From: Octopus bimaculoides
Taxonomy: Eukaryota
Length of the DNA: 38,893 nucleotides
Direction of reading: 5' to 3'
NCBI RefSeq assembly: GCF_001194135.2
Contig: NC_068982.1
Coordinates: forward strand, 64,469,547-64,508,439
Shown here in pieces: positions 1-11,102 of the stretch (the first letter of the stretch is position 1; each line of letters starts with the position of its first letter). The translations under genes and the position numbers were made by a program. The notes under the pieces are model-generated. The model did not search any database, was not told where the DNA came from, and saw only the letters and a program-made list of their open reading frames with translations.

Positions 1-1306
1 GAAGTGCAGGTCGCCACTTGTGAAACGCTCTCTCTGCTGTCAAAAGCCTTTAAAGGGAGGTTTAGGGATGCCTTGGTTAATGATGTGCAGGCATGCGTTG
101 ATATTGAGGCACCTCTGGATTCTCCTGGATAGTGAACGGGTGTGGTCTGCGCTGGCCAGACAAATGTTCCCAGAGTTCAAAAGTTTTTGCGAGCAGGAAG
201 CCTGGTGTTCTCGTAGACCGAGGTCGAGTGAATGGCATAGAGTGTCGTAAGGCCCTCTTGCTTTTCCGGCGCTCGGGCAACGCCAGCGGTGGGGGTTCTA
301 CACGGATTTTATATAGTGGGTTGGTAGAGTCTGAATGCAACGATGGCCTAGGGGCGACTCTAGGTCTCGGGTTTATTCAACTGGACAGCCTGTTTCACCG
401 TACATTCGGGTTGAGAACGTTGGACAACTTCCAAAAGTCCTTNNNNNNNNNNNNNNNNNNNNNNNNNNNNNNNNNNNNNNNNNNNNNNNNNNNNNNNNNN
501 NNNNNNNNNNNNNNNNNNNNNNNNNNNNNNNNNNNNNNNNNNNNNNNNNNNNNNNNNNNNNNNNNNNNNNNNNNNNNNNNNNNNNNNNNNNNNNNNNNNN
601 NNNNNNNNNNNNNNNNNNNNNNNNNNNNNNNNNNNNNNNNNNNNNNNNNNNNNNNNNNNNNNNNNNNNNNNNNNNNNNNNNNNNNNNNNNNNNNNNNNNN
701 NNNNNNNNNNNNNNNNNNNNNNNNNNNNNNNNNNNNNNNNNNNNNNNNNNNNNNNNNNNNNNNNNNNNNNNNNNNNNNNNNNNNNNNNNNNNNNNNNNNN
801 NNNNNNNNNNNNNNNNNNNNNNNNNNNNNNNNNNNNNNNNNNNNNNNNNNNNNNNNNNNNNNNNNNNNNNNNNNNNNNNNNNNNNNNNNNNNNNNNNNNN
901 NNNNNNNNNNNNNNNNNNNNNNNNNNNNNNNNNNNNNNNNNNNNNNNNNNNNNNNNNNNNNNNNNNNNNNNNNNNNNNNNNNNNNNNNNNNNNNNNNNNN
1001 NNNNNNNNNNNNNNNNNNNNNNNNNNNNNNNNNNNNNNNNNNNNNNNNNNNGCAAGGAACCGTGTGAATAGTCAGAAAAAAAAAGAAAAAAAAAAAGGTG
1101 CCAGCGATAGATCGGGGCTTGTGGGGTCGGAGCGTGGCCTGATCATCGCTTCATTTGTGTTGTCTAACGTACTGTTAATATCATTCGATTTTTTATATTT
1201 TATAAAATTTTTAAAGTCATGTTTATGTAAACCATTCGCATTACTGATCCCAATCAGTTGTTTTGTACCATTCTATGTTTGGCCCCCTGTGGGCAATAAA
1301 GAAATT
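1..1306 (+). mobile_element. 3' part of L1/Tx1-like LINE (T1): ORF2 C-terminal region, assembly gap 443-1051, 3' UTR and tail
   Basis: 1-442 translates with one frameshift near 240 to PLVKRSLCCQKPLKGGLGMPWL...ECRKAL...LYSGLVE...LGATLG...LFHRTFG..LDNFQKS. The GGLG motif is typical of L1/Tx1 ORF2 and the text aligns with element A. The element ends in GCCCCCTGTGGGCAATAAAGAAATT (1282-1306). Confidence 0.85.
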
Positions 1307-1317
1307 GGTATTTCGTC

Positions 1318-2114
1318 ACTGTGAAGTTAATACGTGGTGATTTTGAATAGTTTTTGTGCTGCTTTGCAGCGGTTTGGGTGTTTATGTGTGTAATTTGTTT
1401 GAGCTTTCTCTTCTCGTTAGAGAAGAGACAGCTGGTTGAAGAATGTCTGAAGACAATTATAGTTACTCAGACATGTCATCATCCGAGGAGGAGTTGCTGG
1501 AGGCAGTTAAAACAATGGACCAGAAACTGATAAGAGAAGCGGAATTTTGCTGCTGTAGCAAGATGCAAGGAAACAGAAATGTATATCAGGGAATTCGGAA
1601 GACACAAAGAAGAAATGAACCGAGATGAGTTTGAAGTGAAGCTGTCACCCCCGCAAGAGGTTAAAAACGGAATAAGGGAAAGGTCGATAATCTATCGAAC
1701 CTTTTCGATAAATAAAAGAATAGACGTCGTCACGACAGAACAAATAGAAAAGGCGTTAGAGCAGATTTGGGAAGACATAATATACCTGACTAGAGGTTCA
1801 ACATTTGGAACAGTAGAAGTGAGGTTTCGTAATGCAGCAGCAGTAAGGAAACATGCAGCGTCGACAATTCGGAGCGAAGAAGGGGTGCTGTTGCCCACGT
1901 ATAGAGGCATGAGAGCAACAAGGATCACAGTCGAAGGAATCCCACCGGAGATTGATGTGACCTTGGTAGCAGATGCGGTCCTCTTTGGTAATGAGGACAA
2001 CATAGTGGTGCTCCAGGCCAAGAAAAAAAGAGTGCGTCAGCTGGAGAGGTCAATCACTGGAGATGATAGTCCAAGGTTCAAAAGAAACGATGGAAAAGAT
2101 TACGGAAACCATGT
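1318..2114 (+). mobile_element. 5' part of a second Tx1-like element (T2): 5' UTR plus frameshifted, truncated ORF1 (ATG 1443)
   Basis: ORFs 1443-1628 and 1579-2127 contain RSIIYRTF..IEKAL..RGSTFGTV..F..VLLPTYRGMR..I.VEGIPP, matching the ORF1s at 6445-6828 and 7740-8905. Cut off by a SINE at ~2115. Confidence 0.75.
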
Positions 2115-2309
2115 AACTGGTACTTAATTTATCGATCCCGAAAGAATGAAAAGCAAAGTCGACCTCGGCGGAATTTGAACTCAGAACCTAACGATAGACG
2201 AAATACTGCNNNNNNNNNNGCGGAATTTGAACTCAGAACCTAACGATAGACGAAATACTGCTAAGCATTTCGCCTGGCGTGCTAACGTTTCTGCCAGCTC
2301 GCCGCCTTT
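2115..2309 (-). mobile_element. tRNA-derived SINE, family 2 (here called SINE-2)
   Basis: Minus strand reads GGCGGCGAGCTGGCAGAAACGTTAGCAC...GCTTAGCAGTATTTCGTC...GAGTTCAAATTCCGCCGAGGTCGAC (A-box and B-box like). Homologous copies at 14412-14842 and 16339-16550. Confidence 0.8.
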
Positions 2310-3609
2310 CAATATGTATATATTAAGAAAAAATAGAAACAAACAAGAACAATTTTTAGTTAGTCTTCAATATTCAGATATTCTGGTAAGTGGATACAAT
2401 GTTACAAAATAGATTATATCGCAACTATAACAATTATAAGTTTGTTCTTAAAGTAACTTACAGATTATTTGAAACAATTCATTCTTTAAATGACAGTATT
2501 AAATTTAAATTGATATTTAAGCATATGAAGTTATACAAAATATAAACAAGCATAAAATCTAAAAAGTTATGAAATTTAAACACCATAAATTTCAATAAAT
2601 CTATATTGATTTCTAAATTGAAATAAATCAATAGATTAATCAAAAATAAATAGTTATTCGATGATGGGTATAAGATTTTACTTTGATTTCTCTACAGTAC
2701 AAAATTAATCTCAAAAACTCTTCCACAATACTTATTGTTCTGTAATTATGAATCTTTTATCCATGCAGAAGACATAAGCCAACACCAACCAACGAAGGAG
2801 CCTCTGCATAGCCACTCGACTTTCTAAAACTAACAAAAAAGCAGTAAAATCACACTCACTCTACTATCTTATAGGATATACCGGAAACATTTAACTTTAT
2901 AAAATTTTAAACGATGCAGCTTTGAATAAAATACATTCGTGTAGTCGAGTTTAATACTTTCGATTGTAATCACGAGTGATAAGACCTGTTGCTGCAAGAA
3001 TAGTTCCAGAAGAAAATGCTATTTAGTGCAACATTAATTATTTAATTCCAGCTTGACTGAACGACTTGCATGTTAGAAAGCTGTCCGTCTGCTGTTTTCA
3101 TGACGATAAACCTATACTTACCGGGCTGTGAGTGACCAAGTTAGTTTTCATAACTGAAGAAACGGAACGATGCAGAAACATATGCGTCCTACGTTCAAAT
3201 TACATCACTTACAGTCCAAAACAAAATGTGTACTTACACAAGTCTAGGTAGAGAATTTTCTGCAGAGACTATTCTTGCTGCAATAGATTTGATCACGTCC
3301 GATTACAATCGAATGTGTTAAACTCATTCTATATGTCTAGTGGTGGCCTGCTCTTAGGGAAGTCTTGTGCATGTGAACCTTCTCCATCACTCTCTATACG
3401 ACCTGGGAGGGCCCCTACCGTCCCCCTGCTGTCGTTAATTAGATTTCTAGAACTTACCATGACTAGACTTGGGAAGAATACTGGAGTAGCTCCCTGTTGC
3501 CTTTTCCAGGCAGGTGGAATTTGAACTTAAAAAGCAGAGAAGTGGAATATATACCGTAAAGCATTTTTTCCGACGCACAAACGAGCATTCCACTCCCCGC
3601 CTGCAGAGC

Positions 3610-3727
3610 AACGTGAAATTAAATGTTTTGCTCAAGAACACAAGGCACAACCTGGTCCCGGAATCTAGTGATCTACGATCGCCAGGTCAAAAATGCAACG
3701 ACCAAATTACAAGGCTACATGCCTTAA
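3610..3727 (-). mobile_element. degenerate tRNA-headed SINE fragment (third family)
   Basis: Minus strand ...GATTCCGGGACCAGGTTGTGCCTTGTGTTCTTGAGCAAAACATT resembles a B-box followed by a SINE body; heavily diverged. Confidence 0.4.
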
Positions 3728-3755
3728 CATATACTGTATGATGCGTGTGTATGTC

Positions 3756-3794
<39 letters not shown>

Positions 3795-3800
<6 letters not shown>

Positions 3801-4013
3801 TTTTATTTGTTTCAGTCATTTGACAGCAGCCATGCTGGAGCACAACCTTTAGTCGAACAAATCGACCCCAGGACTTATTCTTTGTAAGCCTAGTACTTAT
3901 TCTGTCGGTCTCTTTTGTCGAACTGCTAAGTTACGGGAACGTAAACACACCAGCATCGGTCGTCAAGCGATGGTGGGGGACAAACACAGGCACACAAACA
4001 TACACACACACAC

Positions 4014-4051
<38 letters not shown>

Positions 4052-4192
4052 GCGACGGGCTTCTTTCGATTTCCGTCTACCAAATCCACTCACAAGGCTT
4101 TGGTCGGCCCGAGGCTATAGTAAAAGACAAATGCCCAAGGTGCCACGCAGTGGGGCTGAACCCGATACTATGTGGTTAGTAAGCAAGCTACT
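3795..4192 (-). mobile_element. tRNA-derived SINE, family 1 (SINE-1), interrupted in its head by the LINE array
   Basis: Aligns with the intact copy at 24604-24776 (GACGGG..CACAAGGCTTT..CCCAAGGTGCCAC..GACTGAACC..AAGCAAGCT) but stops at AAGCAAGCTACT (4192). The head end (CCACACAGCC-like) is replaced by the LINE 3' tail. Confidence 0.85.
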
Positions 4193-4498
4193 TTATTTCA
4201 TATAATATTTACCATGAAGGCATTACAAAAAGGGGACGAACAAAGACAGACAAACATAAAAGGTGTAGTAGCTGCTATAACGTTTAAAAATTTATGATAA
4301 ATTTCTGATGCGATTTTAAAAATTACAAGTACAATTTACCGATTATATTTTACAAATTACGAATTACAAGTTGCTCATTACAAGTTACCTGTTACTCATT
4401 GCAATTTGCAATGACTTTCCTGGAGGAAAGGCATCCGACCACCAGGGTGGACCCCTTGCTTTCTCTTTTTTTTTTTTTTTTTTGCCTCCACTTATCTG

Positions 4499-6444
4499 GT
4501 GTCAAACACTCCCAGCTTCCTTGACACAGGCTTGTATCTTCTCATGAATCTATCACGTGAGAGGTACCTCTTCTCCAAGCCTGATCTTGCTACTGAAGTG
4601 GTAACTAAAAAAGTTAACCAAACCCTGGCCGGATACAAAGGTACCCGTCACTATGCCCCTTACATCCGTCTTCCATACTGTTTCTTTCAGTATGGCTACT
4701 ACGCAGAAAAAGCAAGCCATCCTTTCCCTGTTAAGGGAAGGAGGCGGTACAATCTCGATGATAGACTCAGCTGATAGCTGTACTTTGCCCATCGATGACA
4801 ACAGTTGCTATGTGAAAACTATCAGTCCCGTTAATTCCGGACATTCCACAAATGCGTGCAAGGCGGTTTCCCTGTCCTGCCCGCACCTCGGACATGTCGG
4901 CGAGACGGCACTTCCGTGCCTTGACAATTTATCACGAACAGGTAACGCCGCACGGAAGCACTGCCAGAGATTTCTTTTAATTGTCCAGATACCCCGGCCC
5001 GAAAGTTCTCCTGAAAAGGTTGATCAACTGATTTTCATCATAGCCCAGGGTCTCCCCCAAGGCATCTTCGGACATAAATCCCACTAACTCACTATAAAAA
5101 TCCGCGGTGGAACNNNNNNNNNNNNNNNNNNNNNNNNNNNNNNNNNNNNNNNNNNNNNNNNNNNNNNNNNNNNNNNNNNNNNNNNNNNCTGTCGGCACTC
5201 CAATTGCGAGTTCCCCAGCCTAGGTCTCTGCTTGATCCATCTACCGATGTCCGTTAAGGACGTCAATTCCGGAAGGTAGAACCGCACGTGCGGTGACCAC
5301 ACCTGTTCTCCATCCAGGTGAAGCAAGAGGTGCTTCAACCTTAACGCGAATTTTCGCATCCTCAGCCAAGGCATCCCTAGCCCACTCTTTAGCGGTTTCT
5401 GGCATCAGACAGAGCGCTTCACAAGTGGCTTTCCTCCCTTCCACAAAAAGCGGAAAAGGATTCTTTCCAACTTGTTCAGCCACAAATCGGGACAAGGCAC
5501 CAAGGTCAGACGGTAGGTGATAACCGATGCTTTAAAAACATCTGCACCACCTGCGCCTTTCCTAGCAAGGATAACCAGGTCTAGGTTAGAGCAGTCACCT
5601 TGCTGGTCACCTCACTCCGATTTTTCTCTATCTGGAGGCCTGGCCCGAACCAGACTCCAAGCAGCTTTACAGGACCTTCCATCCAACGCCCCACGACGTT
5701 ATTGGACGGCACCGGCTTGCCCCTCCAGGTGCCGAGTTGCAAACCGATCGACTTGTCCTTGTTAACCTTTGCTCCTGCCACCGCCTCGTAACTTTTGATA
5801 GCCTCTTCCACCACTGGAAGCTGGCACTCATCCGTCACGATGATGGAGATGTCATCCGCATACGCCGTAGCTCCTCTTCCACACCATAGATCNNNNNNNN
5901 NNNNNNNNNNNNNNNNNNNNNNNNNNNNNNNNNNNNNNNNNNNNNNNNNNNNNNNNNNNNNNNNNNNNNNNNNNNNNNNNNNNNNNNNNNNNNNNNNNNN
6001 NNNNNNNNNNNNNNNNNNNNNNNNNNNNNNNNNNNNNNNNNNNNNNNNNNNNNNNNNNNNNNNNNNNNNNNNNNNNNNNNNNNNNNNNNNNNNNNNNNNN
6101 NNNNNNNNNNNNNNNNNNNNNNNNNNNNNNNNNNNNNNNNNNNNNNNNNNNNNNNNNNNNNNNNNNNNNNNNNNNNNNNNNNNNNNNNNNNNNNNNNNNN
6201 NNNNNNNNNNNNNNNNNNNNNNNNNNNNNNNNNNNNNNNNNNNNNNNNNNNNNNNNNNNNNNNNNNNNNNNNNNNNNNNNNNNNNNNNNNNNNNNNNNNN
6301 NNNNNNNNNNNNNNNNNNNNNNTTATAGGCCTGAAGTTCCCTATTTCGTTCCCCTTGCTCGGGTCCTTTCTGATCAACGTCTGCTCATAGACTTGGGAAT
6401 TCTCCCATTCTGCAGCCAATTGGAGTAGACGCTGGCCAGCAGGC
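4499..6444 (-). pseudogene. LINE ORF2 reverse transcriptase and C-terminal zinc-binding region, disrupted
   Basis: Motifs in order: LLASVYSNWLQNGRIP, TLIRKDPSKGNEIGNFRPI, AYADDISIIV (rev. comp. of 5834-5868), PVKLLGVWFG, FLWKGGKPLVKRS, GLGMPWL, WQCFRAALPVRDKLSRHG, CPRCGQDRETALHAFVEC. Several frameshifts and stops. Confidence 0.9.
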
Positions 6445-6828
6445 TGGGAGGAGCACCACCTCCTTTGTTTTCAGGGGAGTCACTGAGTGCTCTTGGGCTT
6501 TTTCGACTGTTTCGAATTTGGCTTCTATTGTGCCATATGCCCGGCCCCTCGCTATGTTTTTTATGTCTTTCCATATAGGGGCCAGGCATTTTTCTATTTC
6601 ACACTGTTCAAAGTGTTTGAATTTATTGGATGAAGGATAGTATGTTTTAAAAACGACTGTCCTTCTTTTCAATTTTTCAACACTAGGGGAGGGTGATATC
6701 TTTATATCCCCACCTTCTTTCATTCTTCCAAAAAGCTCAGAAATCTTATCCGTTTGTATCACAATATCTTCACAGGCCACAGCGGCGACTGCCGAGAACT
6801 TCTTTGCTGGCTCATCCAGTGGTTTCAT
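6445..6828 (-). pseudogene. N-terminal half of Tx1-like ORF1
   Basis: MKPLDEP...KRRTVVFKTY..IEKCLAPIW..RGRAYGTIEAKF..KEVVLLP, homologous to the other two ORF1s. Joins RT sequence directly at ~6445. Confidence 0.75.
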
Positions 6829-6902
6829 TTTTTTATTATTTCGACCGACATACTCGGTCGAACTTAATTCTACACAAATAAATTATAAATTACAATTCCC
6901 TA

Positions 6903-7275
6903 GAAACGGGAAACCTATAATATTTTTTTTCCCTCTTAATGAGGACACCAGTTCAAATCCTACCCCCCGCTGGGGGGTGGGGTGTAGCAATAAAGCCTAC
7001 AGTGGCTGAAATTAAATTTTTCACACAGATTAAATTAAATATCCCTCAAAACGGGAAACCTATAATGTGTTTTTTCTTCTTAATGAGGACAACAGTTCAT
7101 AAATAAGGCCAACAACAGCTAAAATTAAATTTTTGGCACAGAATAAATAAAATATCCTTCAAAACGGGAAACCTATAATGTGTTTTTTTTTCTCCTCTTA
7201 ATGAGGATAACAGTTCAAATCCCACCCACGCTTGGGGGCGGGCGGGGCGCAACGCTAAAGCCTACAATGGCTTTA
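6903..7275. repeat. three imperfect tandem units (~113-145 bp) in the 5' UTR of element A
   Basis: AAACGGGAAACCTATAAT...CTTAATGAGGA..CAGTTCA recurs at ~6904, ~7049 and ~7162. Unit 2 lacks the C-run/G-run segment. Confidence 0.85.
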
Positions 7276-7506
7276 GCAAAGTTCAATTTTACAACAAATA
7301 ACAACTGCCAAAATGGCTTCACAAAAACAATTCCTGTCTCCCGTCACCGGGAAAAGCACACAAAAAAATGTTCAGTTCCACAATTCAATAAAGTTCAACA
7401 ACGATAACAACAATTCCAACAGAAAAACAATCCAATCTTCAACAAAACGTTCGACTCACCACCAAACAAAAACACGTACAACACGGAGTCCAGTAAGCAA
7501 GCTACT

Positions 7507-9363
7507 TTATTTCATCTGATTGACCATTACCGGTCTTACAAAGAGGAGTAGCTGCGGGCTGGACAATTACATCAATGAATGAAGGAAAATTAAAATGATG
7601 GAAAAAATGGGAGGAGCACCGGCGCCCGCCGACCGATAACCCCTCGAAAACATTGTTCAATTTACAAAATACAATTTACAATATATAATATACAACATTT
7701 CAACATTTTCAAATTTAACAATTACAACGTTTTTTCCCCTTAATCCTCCTTGTCCGGACCCCCAAGCAAGTTCTCTGCTGCCTGCAGGAACTCCCGCAAT
7801 GGTTGGCCCAGTAAACGTGTCTCAAAATCCTCGTATACACAGGTCGCTTTGACCTTATTAGCTTCGTCCAGACTAATAACTTCCGCAATTACCTGCGGAG
7901 GCCAGCTTGGGTGATCCATACAGGTCATATCAAATCTTCCCACCGAGAGCGTGTCATGTTCGGTCGGCGGCACAGTGACATCCACTGGCTGCCTCCCGTT
8001 TTTCTTTTTTCTCTCACTGGTTGCGGAAGTTGGGGTCTCCACTGGCACACCCAAGGGCTCCCTCTCTTCTCCCGCCACCTGCACCTCTACTGGTGAGCAA
8101 CTACCATTGCTCACTCGTCTCTTTCTATTTCTTGAGGCTGATACCTCAACGACCTCCTCCGCCTTTCCCTGCAATGGGATAGCGGAGGACACCTTCTCCT
8201 TACTCTGCTTCGGGGCTTTACCATGGCCCTTAGGGCAGTCTTTTCTTATGTGGCCTGACTCCAGGCACGAGTGACACTTGGGAGGGGGCGAACTTCCAGT
8301 ATCACTGTGTACCTGGAGCCAGCCATACATAGGAAGTCAGGGAAGTCCATCTCCCTTGCGGCCACTGGGGTCCATAGAGTCAAGGAAGCCTTTGTACCCT
8401 CCCAACTGACCGCAGGTGTCATTTGTACGTCCAAAATCTTGGGTCCACTGTCCCCCAGGCCCCTCCGGATGGCAGAAGCAATCCACCCAGGTTCAGTGCC
8501 CGGGGGCAGCCCACATATCCAGGCTTTAATCACTCTCTTCCCACAATAAGTGGGGAGAAACAAAATTTCCTCCTCTTGCAGGGGCCGACCAGCTGCAATG
8601 CTAGCATCTTCAGGGAAGTCAAACTGCAACCGTATCGTTGCATATTTGACTCCCCTGAATATGTAATATTTCTTTGCTGGCAAGCATCTTGCCAGTTCTT
8701 TTTCAATTATTTCCTTTCCGAAGAGGGCGATGGCATCACGTGACCTAGAAAAGGTTCGCAAGACCACCGTCCTCTTCTCAAGGCTTTCCACCCACTGCTT
8801 GAGCGGGACAACCTCCCACTCTACAACAGCGCTTTCACATTTTTTTGCTATGTTTGTTAAAACTAAACAGTCCACAAATGAGTCCAAAAAAGTTTTTAAA
8901 AACACAGAAACACTTTAAACGAAAGTCCAACCTAAAAAGACGAAGCAAAAATAAAAAACACAGCTCTAATAATGGAAAAGATAGACGGAAAATAAAATAA
9001 CAGTTCATACAGCAAAAACGCAGCAAATAACACAATAGTCCCGGCCTACAGGTACTCCAGGCCAACTGGAACACACAACAGGAACTTTTAAATCCACAGC
9101 AAAAATTAACACAATACAAGATACAATTAATGCAAGAGCCGCCGAGAGCAAGCGAAATTGTCCCAGAGCTAAGTACAATTTACTGAAAATAAAAATATTT
9201 AACGCACAACAAATTATACCCAGCTCAATATAACAAAATCACCTACATCGACGACACTTTGCTATTATTGTTCTTTTTTCCTTAAGTTCTTTCTAGGACG
9301 GAACTCACACAGCTCACGTCCTCACTGTTCTTCAGGAAGAAGCAACACCAACGCGCATGAGCG
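7507..9363 (-). mobile_element. ORF1-only Tx1-like element B (non-autonomous, HAL1-like architecture)
   Basis: Bounded by target copies at 7492-7506 and 9364-9377, with no N gaps. Contains 5' UTR, ORF1 and a ~230-bp 3' UTR ending ATGAAATAA; no endonuclease or RT sequence. Confidence 0.8.
7740..8905 (-). pseudogene. gag-like ORF1 with CCHC zinc knuckle, one frameshift near 8300
   Basis: 8905-8246 gives KRTVVLRTF..IEKEL..RGVKYATI..FLPTYCGKR..ICGLPP. 8330-7740 gives CHSCLESGHIRKDC (CX2CX4HX4C), a basic low-complexity tract, then a stop at 7740. Confidence 0.85.
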
Positions 9364-9377
9364 GGAAGCGAGCTACT

Positions 9378-9860
9378 TTATTTCATTTTATTTGCCATAA
9401 AGGCAGTATACAAAGTAACTGCGGGCTGGACAAACACATTAATGAGATGAGATGAATGATAAACACGATATTAATGGGAGAAGACAGAAGCCGCCCGCCG
9501 AACTCTGCCTCTCTAAAACATTGTTCTTTTATAAATTACACAAATTTACAAATTGAGGCTATAAACCTCTTACTTCACAATTTTATTTTACATTATGTCT
9601 TTGAACTGAGGCACTTGCCTCTTACACTTTTCTTTTTATGGGCCACATGACCTTTCAATATAAGGCACTCGTCCTCTTACACTTTACCGCCCGACCAGAC
9701 TCAGCGCTTCACTCAAGCAAAAAAAGTTGGCATTTCAAAACTTCAATTTCCCCCATAGCCCCCCGCCCCTAACCTCGTCATCCTTCACCTCCTTCAGAAA
9801 CCCCTCCTGGCGAAACACGTGGAAAAATACAGAGACTTTGATTGAAAGATAAAATCCTTT
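9378..9860 (-). mobile_element. 3' portion of a third array member (C), related to B; 5' boundary uncertain
   Basis: 9378-9560 parallels the 3' UTR of B (GCGGGCTGGACAA, ATGGGAG, CGCCCGCCGA, AAAACATTGTTC) and ends in the same ATGAAATAA tail against the target copy at 9364-9377. Confidence 0.65.
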
Positions 9861-10559
9861 TCAAATTTCAACTTTTCAAAAAAAGAATATATGTCTGATA
9901 GTCTGAGATGTTAAATGTCTTTGTATAACTCATTGTTTGATGAGAATTAAAATTTAATAGGAAACACAAACTTGAATACAGGAACTAAGCAAATGGTGAA
10001 AAAATATTTTACATATTAACATATTAGCTTTTCATTAAATTGTCTACAGATCTCATTTAGACAAAAGATAACTTGCAAATATCTACTACGGGCAGGCTTT
10101 AGTGACATTATCAGAACAATATGATATGGACAACAAAATGAAACTAATATTACAAACAAAGCATAAATTAATAAAACTGGAAGAAATAAAATAAAATCAA
10201 GCAAGTTAGTGATCATTTAAGCAAAGCCTAAAACATGAAAAGACAATCATGGGTATATATTAAAGCAACGAACTTCCAATCTAATATATTATATTATATC
10301 GTTTTTAACCAAAGAAATATTACATTTCCAATACTAACTTACCTGTGTAATTTGTTGAAATAAGTCTGCAACAACAAATATTGCAGAGAGACGACAGGTT
10401 TTTGCTTCATGCAACAATTATTAGTCGTAAAGGTTAGCAATTTCAAAAATTAATTACGTCTATATACTATAATGATAACTTGTGTAGTGAATAAGAATAA
10501 AGAATGCATACGTATACACGCGCGCATACACACACGTACAGATACACATACACATACGC

Positions 10560-10880
10560 ACTCATATATAGAGAGAGAGGGAGAGAGCGAGAGAGACATA
10601 CATGTATACATATATATGTAACACAAATTCACACACACACACACACACATATATGTATATATATATATATATACATTTATATATAATATATTTATATATA
10701 TATACATTTATATATAATATATCTATATATATATACATTTATATATAATATATTTATATATATATACATTTATATATATATATGTATATACATACATATC
10801 GACATATATATAATATTTATAAATAAATATATATGTATACACACACACTCTCACACACGCATACACCCACATGCATACAC
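10560..10880. repeat. compound (GA)/(CA)/(TA) microsatellite with ~30-bp AT-rich minisatellite units
   Basis: Visible directly; ATATATACATTTATATATAATATAT recurs about three times at 10665-10780. Confidence 0.9.
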
Positions 10881-11102
10881 ATATCAATGAATCTGACTAA
10901 CTCTTAAAAAGTAGTCATTGCGGTGATTAAGTGTGTAGACTTTCTACTAGTCTTCATTTTGTCTGGGATTAAATTTTCATCTCACGTACATTTATTGCAC
11001 TGTTTTATACAACGTCTGGCTAAGTAAGAGTTGTTTTGATCAATAAAATATTTCCATGGGAAAAAAAATTAATGAAACCACAAAAAGAATACATATATGA
11101 CA

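Larger units (their letters stand above)
4193..7491 (-). mobile_element. Tx1-like LINE A: 5' UTR with tandem repeats, ORF1 N-half fused to RT (internal deletion), ORF2 C-terminus, 3' UTR
   Basis: Bounded by AGTAAGCAAGCTACT at 4178-4192 and 7492-7506. Coding fragments as listed separately. Contains gaps 5113-5189 and 5893-6322. Confidence 0.85.

Noticed and set aside
2170-2259. 40-bp direct duplication either side of a 10-N gap
   Set aside because: Typical unmerged contig overlap; assembly artefact.
4178-9386. CRISPR-like reading of the recurring 24-bp sequence
   Set aside because: Eukaryotic context, kilobase spacers that are retroelements, and no cas genes; explained as target duplication plus LINE tail.
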